Assembly (NCBI RefSeq): GCF_006345805.1
Contig: NC_043000.1
Coordinates: 51,150,001 to 51,214,000 of the forward strand
Direction: 5' to 3'
From: Octopus sinensis
Taxonomy: Eukaryota
Length of the DNA: 64,000 bases
Part shown: in pieces, positions 25,635 to 36,889 of the stretch
How positions within the stretch are numbered: position 1 is the stretch's first letter
Layout: each line of letters starts with the position of its first letter
Position numbers and translations under genes: made by a program
Notes under the pieces: generated by a model
Seen by the model: only the letters and a program-made list of their open reading frames with translations
The model's database searches: none
Told to the model about the DNA's origin: nothing

Positions 25635-28600
25635 TGTGTGTTCATGTCTTGTTTTTCATTGTATGAGTCTGCACATAAGTAATCATGTAAATGCATTTGT
25701 TTGTACGTATGAGTGTGTGCCTATACATATTTATTTCTACCTCCGCATAGTTTTATGCGACTATAGCTATGTGTGGCGGTATGTGTTTATATGTGTATGC
25801 ATACGTGCATGTGGGATGTGTGCTTATGCATGTGTATGTATATGTTGAAATTTGTGTACTTGTCTGTACTTATTTGTTTGTTTATTGGTCTCTGATGGTC
25901 TGGAAATATTATACATCTCTATATGCCTTCGTATTATTATATACATTTGTATATATGTATGTTCACGCCTTTATTTATGTGTCTTCTATGTGTGTATGTA
26001 TGAATATTAGTGTATTTTTATGTGGTTCAAAAAGCTGTAAGCATGTAGTTGCATAAATAACACGAAGAATGGCTACAAATACATAAAATACAAGAGATTA
26101 CAACAAAATACAATAAATTATACAAAAGAAAAGAACTTGCATTTTGCTTTGACAGCTTCGTACAAGTTCACATCTGATTAACTTAAGTAGTTTAGTAGAG
26201 TGGCGATTTACTACAATTGGAATTTAGCAGTGATGCAATTTAGTACTGTCACAACTACTTTAAGATTAGAGTTCTACAGAAATCATGCATATTTCACTTG
26301 ATTCTCTACTGTCAAGTTCCTTGCAGAATGAAGTTTCACATATAAAATAAACCCATTTGCCGTCAATGTTTGTTTCAAACTCGCACAAAGTCTTGTTTTC
26401 TTAAGGTTTCTTTGAATAGATTTTTTTTATATCTTGGCATGAACTGATAAAAAACAAAAACCTCCCATTATGAAAAATTTGTTTTTTTTTCCTACAACTT
26501 CTACACTTTCATTAACATAATGGTACCTTTCTTCAACTGAAACATGTCTTGCTAGGTTTCTCTCTATTATTATATTTTTCTTCCAGTTCTCTTATCTAGA
26601 AATTTATTCTATTTACTGTTTCTCTGCCACAATAAATAACACTTGCTTGCTTTCATCTTATTTTCACGAAAACTCTCAGTTTTAATGAAAATATTTTTTC
26701 TATGTCCAATTGCATTGCAAAATTTATTTTATTTCTTTATATTCAGTTTTATATTTTTGCTCAGTTTATTCATTATATTATCTAAAAATTATTTTATCTT
26801 TTCTGTAAAGATTCCATACATGAGAATGAACAAATCTATTAAATGTGTCAATAATTCTTTAAAACTGAAATTTTTATAAATGAATCTTTAAATTAACATA
26901 GTTATAGAGCAGAGAAAATAAAATCAGTGGGAGAGGAACTGGAAGTTTTTGAAATATATGATAAAAGAAACAGAAACTTGTATTCATTGGTTGAGTTTAA
27001 TTCTTGAAGGCAGACATATGTTCACAAAAACAAAGAGGAAAAAGTACGATTTCAGAATATAATAGAGGAGGAGATAAATAGCATTAAGCTTTTCAGAAAA
27101 CAACAGGTGAAAAGAAGAAACCTATATGCCTTTAAAGAAAAATTGCATGTAATGATACAGGCATGCTTTTCTATAACCTAGAGGAAATAGTGCTGCCACA
27201 TTTGGCTTATATAATACAAAAGCAATAGAAAGATTCTGTCTATTTTATGTAAATGACTTGGAGATCAAGACATGCAAATGGAAGTATTTTGAAAATTGAT
27301 TCAATAAATGTTACTAAATTGATCTTGATTTAAAGAAATATAGATTAGAAGAGGCTAAAACATTTAGTTACACAGTTGATAAAAAAAATTTTCAGAAAAA
27401 TTTTCTTTCCTAATAGAAGAAATTAATATAACAGGTGAAGTGAAAGGAAAGCTATTAATTATAGTATTTTAAATGCATTAGTTAATGAAATAACACATTC
27501 AGTGTGATCATCACCAAGTTTAATGTACAATTTTTAATACCTTGAGCTACTGATAGAACTTCAAAGTAATCACTCAACTTGTTAGAAATAGCTGTGAAAT
27601 TTCCATCAAATTACACTCCAGTTTCATTAAAAAAAAAAAAAAGGAGATATTACTTAATGTCAATAACAGTATTCATAAAAGAAAAACTGGATAGTAAGAC
27701 CAGAAAATGCACTTTGATCATAAGTTTACTCAGTCAGGGATTAAGTGAGGATAAGAAGTAACTAAAACAGATATATCTTAGCAAAAATAAATTTCTTTGT
27801 TCTCCATATTCATTCAATATTGGTATTTGTGCACTGATTGATTACTACATGTTTATGCCTCCATGTTTGTGGGAAAAAACCACAGCCAGAGAACATGTCT
27901 TGAGCTGTTTGGGAGGTATGATTATGATAAAATGTAATTGACTAATATTTTTGGACCAACTCATTCTCAGGAGATTTACAATGTCAGAATAGAACCAATG
28001 TGAAGTTAGTTATTGTTATCTCATCTCATTTCTTAAAACATAAGGTGGGAAAGATGTGAGAAAAAAAAAAACACACACACACACACAAATAACATGCTAT
28101 TCATATGAGAAGAAGAGACCATATTTGGAGCTGAAGTGTACAGAGATGCTACAATTATATAAATACACTATGGCATTGATAGTTGGAGAAAAATAGAAAT
28201 AAACAGAATTCTGCAGAATGTAATAAACTTTTGGACTGCTTACTAAACAGAATTTTTGAAACTGAGTAATATAAAGTGGCATATGTCACATACAAAAATA
28301 TTAATATATTTTTGTAAAGTGAATGTAATTTTTTGTGATAATATTAAATATTTCATAAATTGCAGAAATATTCTGATGTAAATTTTGAATTGTGAAGGGA
28401 AAATCAGCTTAAATATTTCCTCTAAGAATTATATTTATTTCAATATTACGCAAACTAACAATGTTCATTACAATATTAAATAAGCCAGCAAGAAGTTGAA
28501 AAGAGTAGGGGATTTAAATCTAGATGTGCAGGAAAACACTTAAAATGTGGAATTTTCTCTCAGTAGTTGTATTGATCAGTGCCATGATAGGTTTTAAAAC

Positions 28601-29047
28601 AAATCATTTTTCAAAGGTGTTTTAACTTAATTTAAAATTGCTTTTATAGGACTTCTGTTTTATGTTCTTCTTTTATATCAATTCAGGTGTATTTCTGCTA
28701 GAGCAAGTATTTGGCTAACTATAGTTGAAATATAGGAATGTTATTAAAAATCCAAAATATTAAAATACATAAATCAGACCTAAAATAATCCAGTACAACT
28801 ACAATGATAGATACCTCTCCTTTTGTTCTGCGTACATGAGTGTGTGTGTGCATTGTAATATAGAAAATTAGAAAGACAAATAGATGAAGGAAGGTTGATA
28901 GATGTTTACATGAATGAATATGTAGGATGGCAATTTTAGAACATAAGTGACAAAATAGAAGGTATATTTGAACACAGTTGTAGTCAATAGATGACAATGA
29001 TAATGAGTATGATATTATTTATGTATGTCTTTTTTCCATGCATTTAT

Positions 29048-29345
29048 ATCATCATCATCATCATAGTTTAACATCCGTTTTCCATGCTAGCATGGGTTGG
29101 ACGGTTCGACCAGGATCTGAGAAGCCAGGAGGCTGCACCAGGCTCCAGTCTGATCTGGCAATGTTTCTACAGCTGGATGCCCTTCCTAATGTCAGCCACT
29201 CTGTGAGTGTAGTGGGTGCGCCACCGGCACAGGTGCCAGGGGAAGCTGGCAATGGCCAGAATTGGTTGGTGCTGTTTATGTGCCACCAGCACGGAAGCCA
29301 GTCAAGGTGGTGCTGGCACTGGACATGTTCGGATACTGGCACAGG
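29048..29345 (-). mobile_element. SINE family E with (GAT)n tail (RTE-type 3' end; body possibly Ceph-SINE-like)
   Basis: Sense strand reads TTAGGAAGGGCATCCAGCTGTAGAAAC...CCAACCCATGCTAGCATGGAAAACGGATGTTAAACTATGATGATG; homologous to 46040-46277. Confidence 0.85.
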
Positions 29346-29639
29346 TATCACAACTACAATTTCTATTTGATTTTTATTCCCTTCCTATTTATATATTCTC
29401 TTCAACATTTGCATTAATTCATTCAAATCACCATATCAGTATTTGTTAATTTCCAAACATGCCAGTGAATATTGTCCTGGAGCTATGTATAGTTATCCAC
29501 CTTGTACTATTGTAGTGCTTTGTTTAATTTTGCAACTGCATGCAATACTTGTTACAGCACCATGTGTGTGTACATACTCTCTCTCTCACACACACACATA
29601 CATATCATCATGTAATATCTGTATTCCATGTTGCATGAA

Positions 29640-29930
29640 CTGAACAGTTGGACAGGGTCTGATTATCTCGAAGACTACATTGGTCTCCAGTATTTGTTTT
29701 GGCAAGGTTCCGGCAGATGGACACCCTTCCTAATACCAATTCTTTACAGAGTGCACTGATTGTTCTTTTCATGTCATCAGTACTAGTGACATCACCAAAT
29801 GACTAGCAAGATAAATGCACTTGGCAGAGTTGGGGCATAGTATCAAATCAGTTTGTTTTGTGTCTGGTGTTGAAGTATGAAAGTGGGACAGAAACAGTTG
29901 TGTTGCTGGAGAGGAGATACATGGTTACCC
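29640..29930 (-). mobile_element. Older family E SINE copy
   Basis: CCCTTCCTAATACCAA and GGGACAGAAACAG motifs shared with 22407-22760. Confidence 0.6.
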
Positions 29931-30239
29931 CAGCAAGAAGAGGTAGAAGTATAATTAAGATGATGTATCAGGATGTGTACCCTGAATGTACAAGAAAGTG
30001 GATAGAGGGATAATTAAGGTAGATAATCAGGAATAGCTGGGTAATGGGGTAGATTTATTGGATTGGGAAAGGAGAGTGAGAGATGGTGGTGATGAGGACA
30101 GAAGTGAAAGCAGTGACTGGTGAAGATGGATGGAAGTATGGGCATTACTGGGTCTCAGTTTTGGGGAATATAAGGAAAATACGAGTAGACATGGGGGCAG
30201 AGATGACGGGTGATAATACATAATATATATATATATATA

Positions 30240-30529
30240 TTAAAGAATGTAGTTATGTAAAGCTAGAACAATGCAAGAAGGTACAAAGTAAACTACAAAA
30301 GGAAAAGAAAACAGAACAAAGTTGCAGTTTCACCTTGTATTTCTATATTTTGGGTGAATACCCTTTCATCAGGGTATTTGGAAAAGTGGAATTTCCTGAT
30401 GAAGGAGTCTTCACCTCGAAATATAGAAATACAAGGTAAAACTGTGACCTTGTTCTATTTTCTTTTCCTTTTGTAGTTTACTTTGTATCTTCTTGAGTTG
30501 TTCTGGCTTTACGCAACTATATTCTTTAA
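30240..30529. repeat. Long inverted repeat (about 134-bp arms, 21-bp spacer), probable Penelope-like inverted terminus
   Basis: 30240-30373 is the reverse complement of 30395-30529 with about 17 differences, mostly transitions. Both arms carry CTGATGA...(G/A)AAATATAGAAAT. Confidence 0.9.
30391..30430 (+). ncRNA. Minimal type I hammerhead-ribozyme-like motif
   Basis: ATTTC-CTGATGA-A-GGAGT/CTTC/ACCTC-GAAA-TATA-GAAAT: stem I ATTTC/GAAAT, conserved core, imperfect stem II, palindromic ATAT stem III and AUA cleavage triplet. Confidence 0.55.
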
Positions 30530-30596
30530 AGTTATACCTCACAATGCTTTGCCAAAACAACCTTGTATATATATATATATGTATATGTGTGTGTGT

Positions 30597-30820
30597 GGAG
30601 GCACGTAGCTTAGTGGTTAGGGTGTCAGCATCATGATCGTAAGATTGTTGTTTTGATTCCTGGACAGGGCGATGTGTTGTGTTCTTGAGCAAAACACTTC
30701 ATTTCATGTTGCTCCAGTCCACTCAGCTGGCAAAATTGAGTAAGCTGGGGAACACATACGCCATTGAAACCGGGGAAACCGAGCCCATAAGCCTGGCTAG
30801 GCTTTAAAAGGGCGCATTTA
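30597..30820 (+). mobile_element. tRNA-derived SINE, family D (tail type 1)
   Basis: A-box TAGCTTAGTGGTTAG, degenerate B-box GTTTTGATTCC, TGTTCTTGAGCAA body and AGCCT-GGCT-AGGCT 3' hairpin; flanked by (TA)n. Confidence 0.85.
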
Positions 30821-30825
30821 ATTTT

Positions 30826-30864
<39 letters not shown>

Positions 30865-31326
30865 CACACGTCTATCTTTCTATCTTTTTTCCTCTTTCTT
30901 TCTTTCTTCCACTAATGGGTAGCACAAATGACAGAGGGCTGAGTGATAGAGATAAGGGTGGCAAGAAAGTGAGTGATAAGGAGATAAGAAAGTATCAAAA
31001 TATGTGTATGTGCATGCATACATTTGAAAGGGTTTATATTTCTGCGTACATGTATATATGTATATATATATATATATGTGGTATGTGTGTATATATCCCC
31101 ATGACATATCTACCTATGTCTGTCTGTCAGCACATATGTATGTATCCCTTTTGGGGAATTCTCCAAGAATGCACATAAAGATATAATAATAGCATGCTTT
31201 ATGTGTGTACTTCGAGAGTTCCAAAAAATAATTTATCTCATGTCCTCTTGTAAGTTTATAAAATTCTTATAATGTTGTGTATGTGTGTGTGTGTTCGCAT
31301 ATGCATGTTTGTGTGTGTGCATGTGG

Positions 31327-31361
<35 letters not shown>

Positions 31362-31584
31362 GAATTAATAAAAACAGCTGTTTGCAACATTATACTGTTA
31401 TACTGTAAAAGAAAATTACAATCGTCAACTAAACTTGACTAAGAATTTAGCTCCTATTTTTAGCAATGTAGGTGTTATTCACATCCTTAATCAGGTTTAG
31501 TTGATGTCTATAATTTTCCTATACAATATGTATATATATGTATGTATATATATGTGTGTCTGTATATGTACGTATATATATATA

Positions 31585-31958
31585 CACTACCGTCAGAAAT
31601 TAATTAGCACCCTTGATTTGCTCTTCACTCAAGGTATGTGCTGTCACCTTGTGGCCATATCTCGAACTATTGCTTTGTTGCGAGTTCACTGTTGTGCAGA
31701 ACGATGACGTAACTTTGTTTGCAGAGCAGTTTGAGAGTCTACAGCCTTATGATGTTGACATAGCAGTGCAACAAATTGGAGTGCGGATGCAGACAAATCT
31801 TCCTTTGTTTAATAGATATAGGTAGCGCCTCGCAAGGACCGAAATCACACCATACTAAGTTTTCTCATCGCGTAAGACGTTTTGAACAGCTCATAGATTA
31901 ATTGATTTAACCTATTTAATGTAGAAATTTGAGAAGTGCTAATTAATTTCTGACGCAA

Positions 31959-31961
<3 letters not shown>
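31585..31961. mobile_element. Tc1/mariner-type MITE (377 bp)
   Basis: TIRs CACTACCGTCAGAAATTAATTAGCAC and (rc) CACTTGCGTCAGAAATTAATTAGCAC, TA on both sides, no transposase recognisable. Confidence 0.92.
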
Positions 31962-31989
<28 letters not shown>

Positions 31990-32439
31990 ATGTCATGGAA
32001 TTATTTATGTGTTAGTACATATATGTATATGCATATGCACACATGCATGTGTGTGTATGTATAATGTCATAGATAGATTTATGTGTGTGTGTATATATAT
32101 GTGCACACACACACACATATATCACACATGCTCATACATCATCCCCATGTGGATATAGGCATACAAGTTCTTACATGCATGAGTGTGCAAACACACTCTC
32201 TACCTTTACCTTTCCCTCCTGTACTCCTAGTTGTTCTTGTGTTTCATTCTGTCTGTGATCATACTCTTATTCCTTGTCTACCACACATTCTGAAGCTCTG
32301 TCATTGCCCTATCATCTAGATCAGTGGTTCCCAACTGAATCATTTCTAAAATCCTGATGCCCCTTTGTGATATTTAATTTTTGTTATTCAAAATTTGGTC
32401 AATGTTTGCAATGTCACCTGTGTGTAGGAAACGAATATG

Positions 32440-33680
32440 AAAAAAAATATGTGGAAAGCAACAGGAGAGGACTTCAGAAAATTCACAAGATCTGAGTTTT
32501 TCCCTCATAATTTTTAGGAAAATATTTTTTTTTAAATGAGATTTTATATAAATTCCTTTCAACTGGCATAGATTACGATTATAAAGAAATTTGTGGGAAA
32601 ATCTTTTTTGAGGGGTGAGGAGAGAACCTTGGAAAGTTCACAAGATCTGGGTTTTTTGCCCATAACTTGATGACAGTTTATCATGGATAGTGGGTATAAA
32701 TCCAAATTTTAAATATTCCTCTGAATATTGATGAACTTTTTTTATTTGCGCTACTCATTTTATGTATTTTTGAATCGGCATAGTTATAGATTTCTGTGCC
32801 CCCGACTTTGGATGATCATAACTTTCAGAATTGGATGATCATAACTTTCAGTAGATTTCTATCACTCAAAAAGACACTCACACACACACAAATATATGTA
32901 ATTAAAAAAAAGTTTAAACAGGGAATTATTCCATTCAATGTCATGTTTATAATAGAGATTATGTAACAAATTATGCTTTACACTTCTATATTTAACTGAG
33001 TGTGTATATTCCTTATTTTTGCTTCTGGTGTCTTCTGCCTTTCTATTAGAAACGTTTACTTGGGAATTTACTTAAAGTGAAAAATAATCGTATGCAACAG
33101 ATAAGTCATCTTAATAACATATTTCTGTGTACCAGGCCTTTAGCTGTTATTTTTAATATAACGAGTTTTCTGGTGAGGGCTTCATTTACCTTCATTGCCT
33201 GTTTGTTGCTTCTGTAGAAATCTACGGATGCACAAACACACAAAACAAAGAAAATGAAACAAATACGGATGGCTTGTTCAGAAACACCTGCGTGTGGGGA
33301 ACAGTTCTCAAAAATAGCACCCAATTGTTTCCCCCTCCAAATTCCTATGTTCTTAGAATCTACATAGTCCGAGGTATATTTGTAGAGAATTTCATTTAAA
33401 AATATCCATTTTCTTGACAGTTAAGATGAATTGAAGTGGACTCCAGTGAATTTTCCGAGATTCCCAACCCCAACCCCTGCTAAAACACTTTTCCCACAAA
33501 ATTTTGTATATTCAAAATCTACATGATATAACACATATTCGTAGATAATTTCATTAAAAAATATCCATTTTTCTGAAAGCTATGATCATTCAAAGTCGGT
33601 GCTGGGCAGGGGGCAGAAATCTGTAGTTATGCCTTTGAATCAAACATGAAGAGATTTCAGTTCAAGCAAATTTTTTCAAC
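32440..33680. repeat. Two opposed arrays of a 155-160-bp subrepeat
   Basis: GAAARTTCACAAGATCTG at 32477 and 32632; TTCATTWAAAAATATCCATTTT at 33391 and 33550; 32771-32830 is the reverse complement of 33571-33641. Confidence 0.75.
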
Positions 33681-33859
33681 AATTTCTTCAAAAAGATTTC
33701 AATATAAACTTTCGGAAAATATGCTTAAAAAGAAACAAAAAATATTCCATGAATCTTCTCAGCTGCAAAAGCCTTTGTATCAATGATGGAAGTTTTTTCT
33801 TACCTTTTTGCTGAATTCACAAAACTGACTGGTGGAATTAAAATGACATTTTAATTTTC

Positions 33860-33873
33860 GTCTCTGTTCACAT

Positions 33874-33907
<34 letters not shown>

Positions 33908-33980
33908 GTGTGCATTACCAGTACCATGAATCTTTCTCTCTCTCTCTCTCTCTCTCTCTACGAGCTATCTATCTATCTAA

Positions 33981-34056
<76 letters not shown>

Positions 34057-34065
34057 GTTCATCTG
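33860..34065. repeat. (TA)n, (TC)n and (ATCT)n microsatellites
   Basis: Direct observation. Confidence 0.95.
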
Positions 34066-35049
34066 CCTGTCTGTCTCCTTCTCTGCTCTCTCTTTCAGCC
34101 TATTTCTCTTCCTTCACTGATGCTACCCCTTACTTCCACTCCATTACAACCCATTTCACATCATGCAATTCTTTCACCCCTCACCCCAACACCATTTATT
34201 GCCATACTCTGCAGCTCCACATTTTTCTTGTGTACCTAGATTTTTGTTGCCAGAGTTAAAAGAACCAATACTCTTAGACACACCTGCACACATAAGTCTG
34301 TCTCCAGTTTATTTCTCCATGGGGAATTAAGATGGCATTGCTTTCTGTACTGACCAGTTCTATACTACATACATGCACACTCAAAAACACACACACACAC
34401 ACACACATGCACGCACACACACATACACGTTAGTAATTACCTTCATGTTTTCACTTACCACTAAATCGAAGGAAATAATCTATTCCCTCTTTACTGACAT
34501 CAGGTCTTATGAATATGATGAAAACAACTTTTTAAGTGTCCAAAATTTGATAAAATTGTCCAAGAAGGGATATAAAGAATTGTTTTTGTTAATAACTCAT
34601 TCTCTATTGGTATACTAAACATTGTGTACAAAAGGTATAAAATTCAACATAACCCTACGCATGCCTCACCAAAATATTACCATGCCCCACCAAAATATTA
34701 CCATGCTCCACTGCTGGGGCATGCACCCCAGATTGGGAATCACAGCTCTAGATTACAATATCTTGAATGTAATGCTACTGTCTTAGAATACTATGTATTC
34801 TTCTCACTCTTCTCAAGCATATCTCTCTTATCAGATAATGCTATCATCCATGCATCTTTTATAGCTCTATCACTCATGCTTCTGACTTTGTAAAGTGGTT
34901 GCTGAGTGAACAGTTAAAGATAGTTAAGAAATCCTTTTAGCCATGCTGAGGAAATTGCTATCTCTCTAACATTGGTGCCTCAAAAGTGTTCTGTAAAGTG
35001 TGTGGTAGAGGACCTTTTAATCTTGTCAAGAACATGACACCCCTACTGT

Positions 35050-35270
35050 ACTGTTGCCATGAAAAATGCACCCTATAGACTCTGTAAAGTGTTACATCTT
35101 AGGAAGTGCATTCAGCAGTAGAAATCAAGCCAAAACTGAAACACAGACAAGATGCCTCCTTCTACTCTCCCAGTGAGCAGTATCTCCAAATATGCGCTGA
35201 CTGCAACTGGTGGCAGATCTAATGAATGAAATGGAAAGTGAATGTAGTGGGTGTAAAATGATGATGATGT
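35050..35270 (+). mobile_element. Very old family E SINE copy
   Basis: TTAGGAAGTGCATTCAGCAGTAGAAA motif and a terminal (GAT)n. Confidence 0.5.
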
Positions 35271-35971
35271 GTTTTACATACACACACAAAAAAGAAAGAG
35301 AGAGAGGGAGAGTATATGTTTTATTTTATGTATATATATTTGTACATTTTATATACTTAGTATCTGGCATGTATGAGGAAATAGTAATTGCACTTACTAA
35401 TCCTTTTCCAGTTATGACTTTATTAGACAAAATAACTGCTACAATTTTATATTTTGTTATAGAATTTGTAATATTAAAGTTTACTAAACAATGATGAGTA
35501 TAAAAATGACTATGAAAATAATATTCTTTTGACTTTGGTTATAATTTGGTTTATTTGTTAACTAAACACAAAGTATTATAAGACCAAGCATCTATCTTAG
35601 CATATAAAACTATATAGCATTCTTCATTCAGCTTCATAAAAGCTTGTGTGAATTTTGACTTATTGCCATATGAGTAAGATATAATTATGAACCTGGTTAC
35701 CAGGGACATGAACTAAGATTGATTACCAAAACAAAACCCATTTATTATCTGCTAAAATTATTGTTCACTTTAAATATTGGAATTTATGAACAAAAACGTG
35801 TGTCTGTGTGCATGAAAGTGTAAATGGAGGTTGTAAGAACAAAGTTTTATGTCTATCAGAAGAAATGAAAGCAAGTAATGAGTGCTATTTATTAGTATAG
35901 ATTTCAAGATTTACATCTTTTTTTTTTCTGTGGTAATTCATTGGCTAAGTGAATCATTATGATTGTTTTAT

Positions 35972-36134
35972 TTCTTTTACTTTTTTTAGTCATTTGACTG
36001 TGGCCATGCAGGAGCACCACCTTTCGTTGAATAAATCAGCTAAAGGACTTATTCTTTGTAAGCCTAGTACTTATTCTATCAGTCTCTTTTGCTGAACTGT
36101 TAAGTTACGGGGACAAACACAGACACACAAATAC

Positions 36135-36194
<60 letters not shown>

Positions 36195-36797
36195 TATATG
36201 TAAGTGTATAATATATATATATATAATTAAAAATGTGTTATGAGTATTATAGGATAAAATCCTATTTAAACCCAACTAACTGTTAAAAAAATGGAGAAGA
36301 GATGTTAAAAGTTTATATAAATTTTTAATCCATACGATCGTTTTGAATGATAATACTGACATGTAAGGAAACAGAAAAAATTAAATTAATTATAATAATA
36401 ATTAAATTAAATCAATTTAATTAGGTATTACCATTCTCTTCAGTGGAAAAACTAATAAAACATCAAAAAAGGTATTAACGAAAGAATATTACAATAAAAC
36501 TATGACACAATAAAACTGTGTCTGATAAAGTTGATCGAATATTCATAACAAGAATGTGAAATAGGAAAAAAGAGATATAGGAACATGTTAATGTAATGAT
36601 GAGTCTATCTGTGTAAGAACATATATAAATATATAACTGGCTCCCTTCAGTTTCTATCTACCAAATCCACTCACAAGGCTTTGGTCAGCGCAAGGCTACA
36701 GTAGAAGACATTTGCCCAAGGTGCCACACAGTGCGACTGAACCTGGAACTATGTGGTTGGGAAGCAAGCTTCTTACCACACAGCCATTCTTGTGCCT
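35972..36797 (-). mobile_element. Family A SINE split into 35972-36135 and 36637-36797 by about 500 bp of TA/AT-rich sequence
   Basis: Both halves align collinearly with 6626-7002. Confidence 0.85.
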
Positions 36798-36889
36798 TGT
36801 TTATTAATATTTAGTTTAATTTTTACTAGTTCATACTAACTGACAACAGCCCTTCTCTTCCTTCATGTATATTAATTTATATGAAATAA

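Larger units (their letters stand above)
32322..34745. mobile_element. hAT/Charlie-type non-autonomous element with nested content
   Basis: Left end CAGTGGTTCCCAAC, right end GATTGGGAATCACAG. The 8-bp flanks ATCTAGAT and CTCTAGAT fit the Charlie NTCTAGAN target. Confidence 0.75.
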
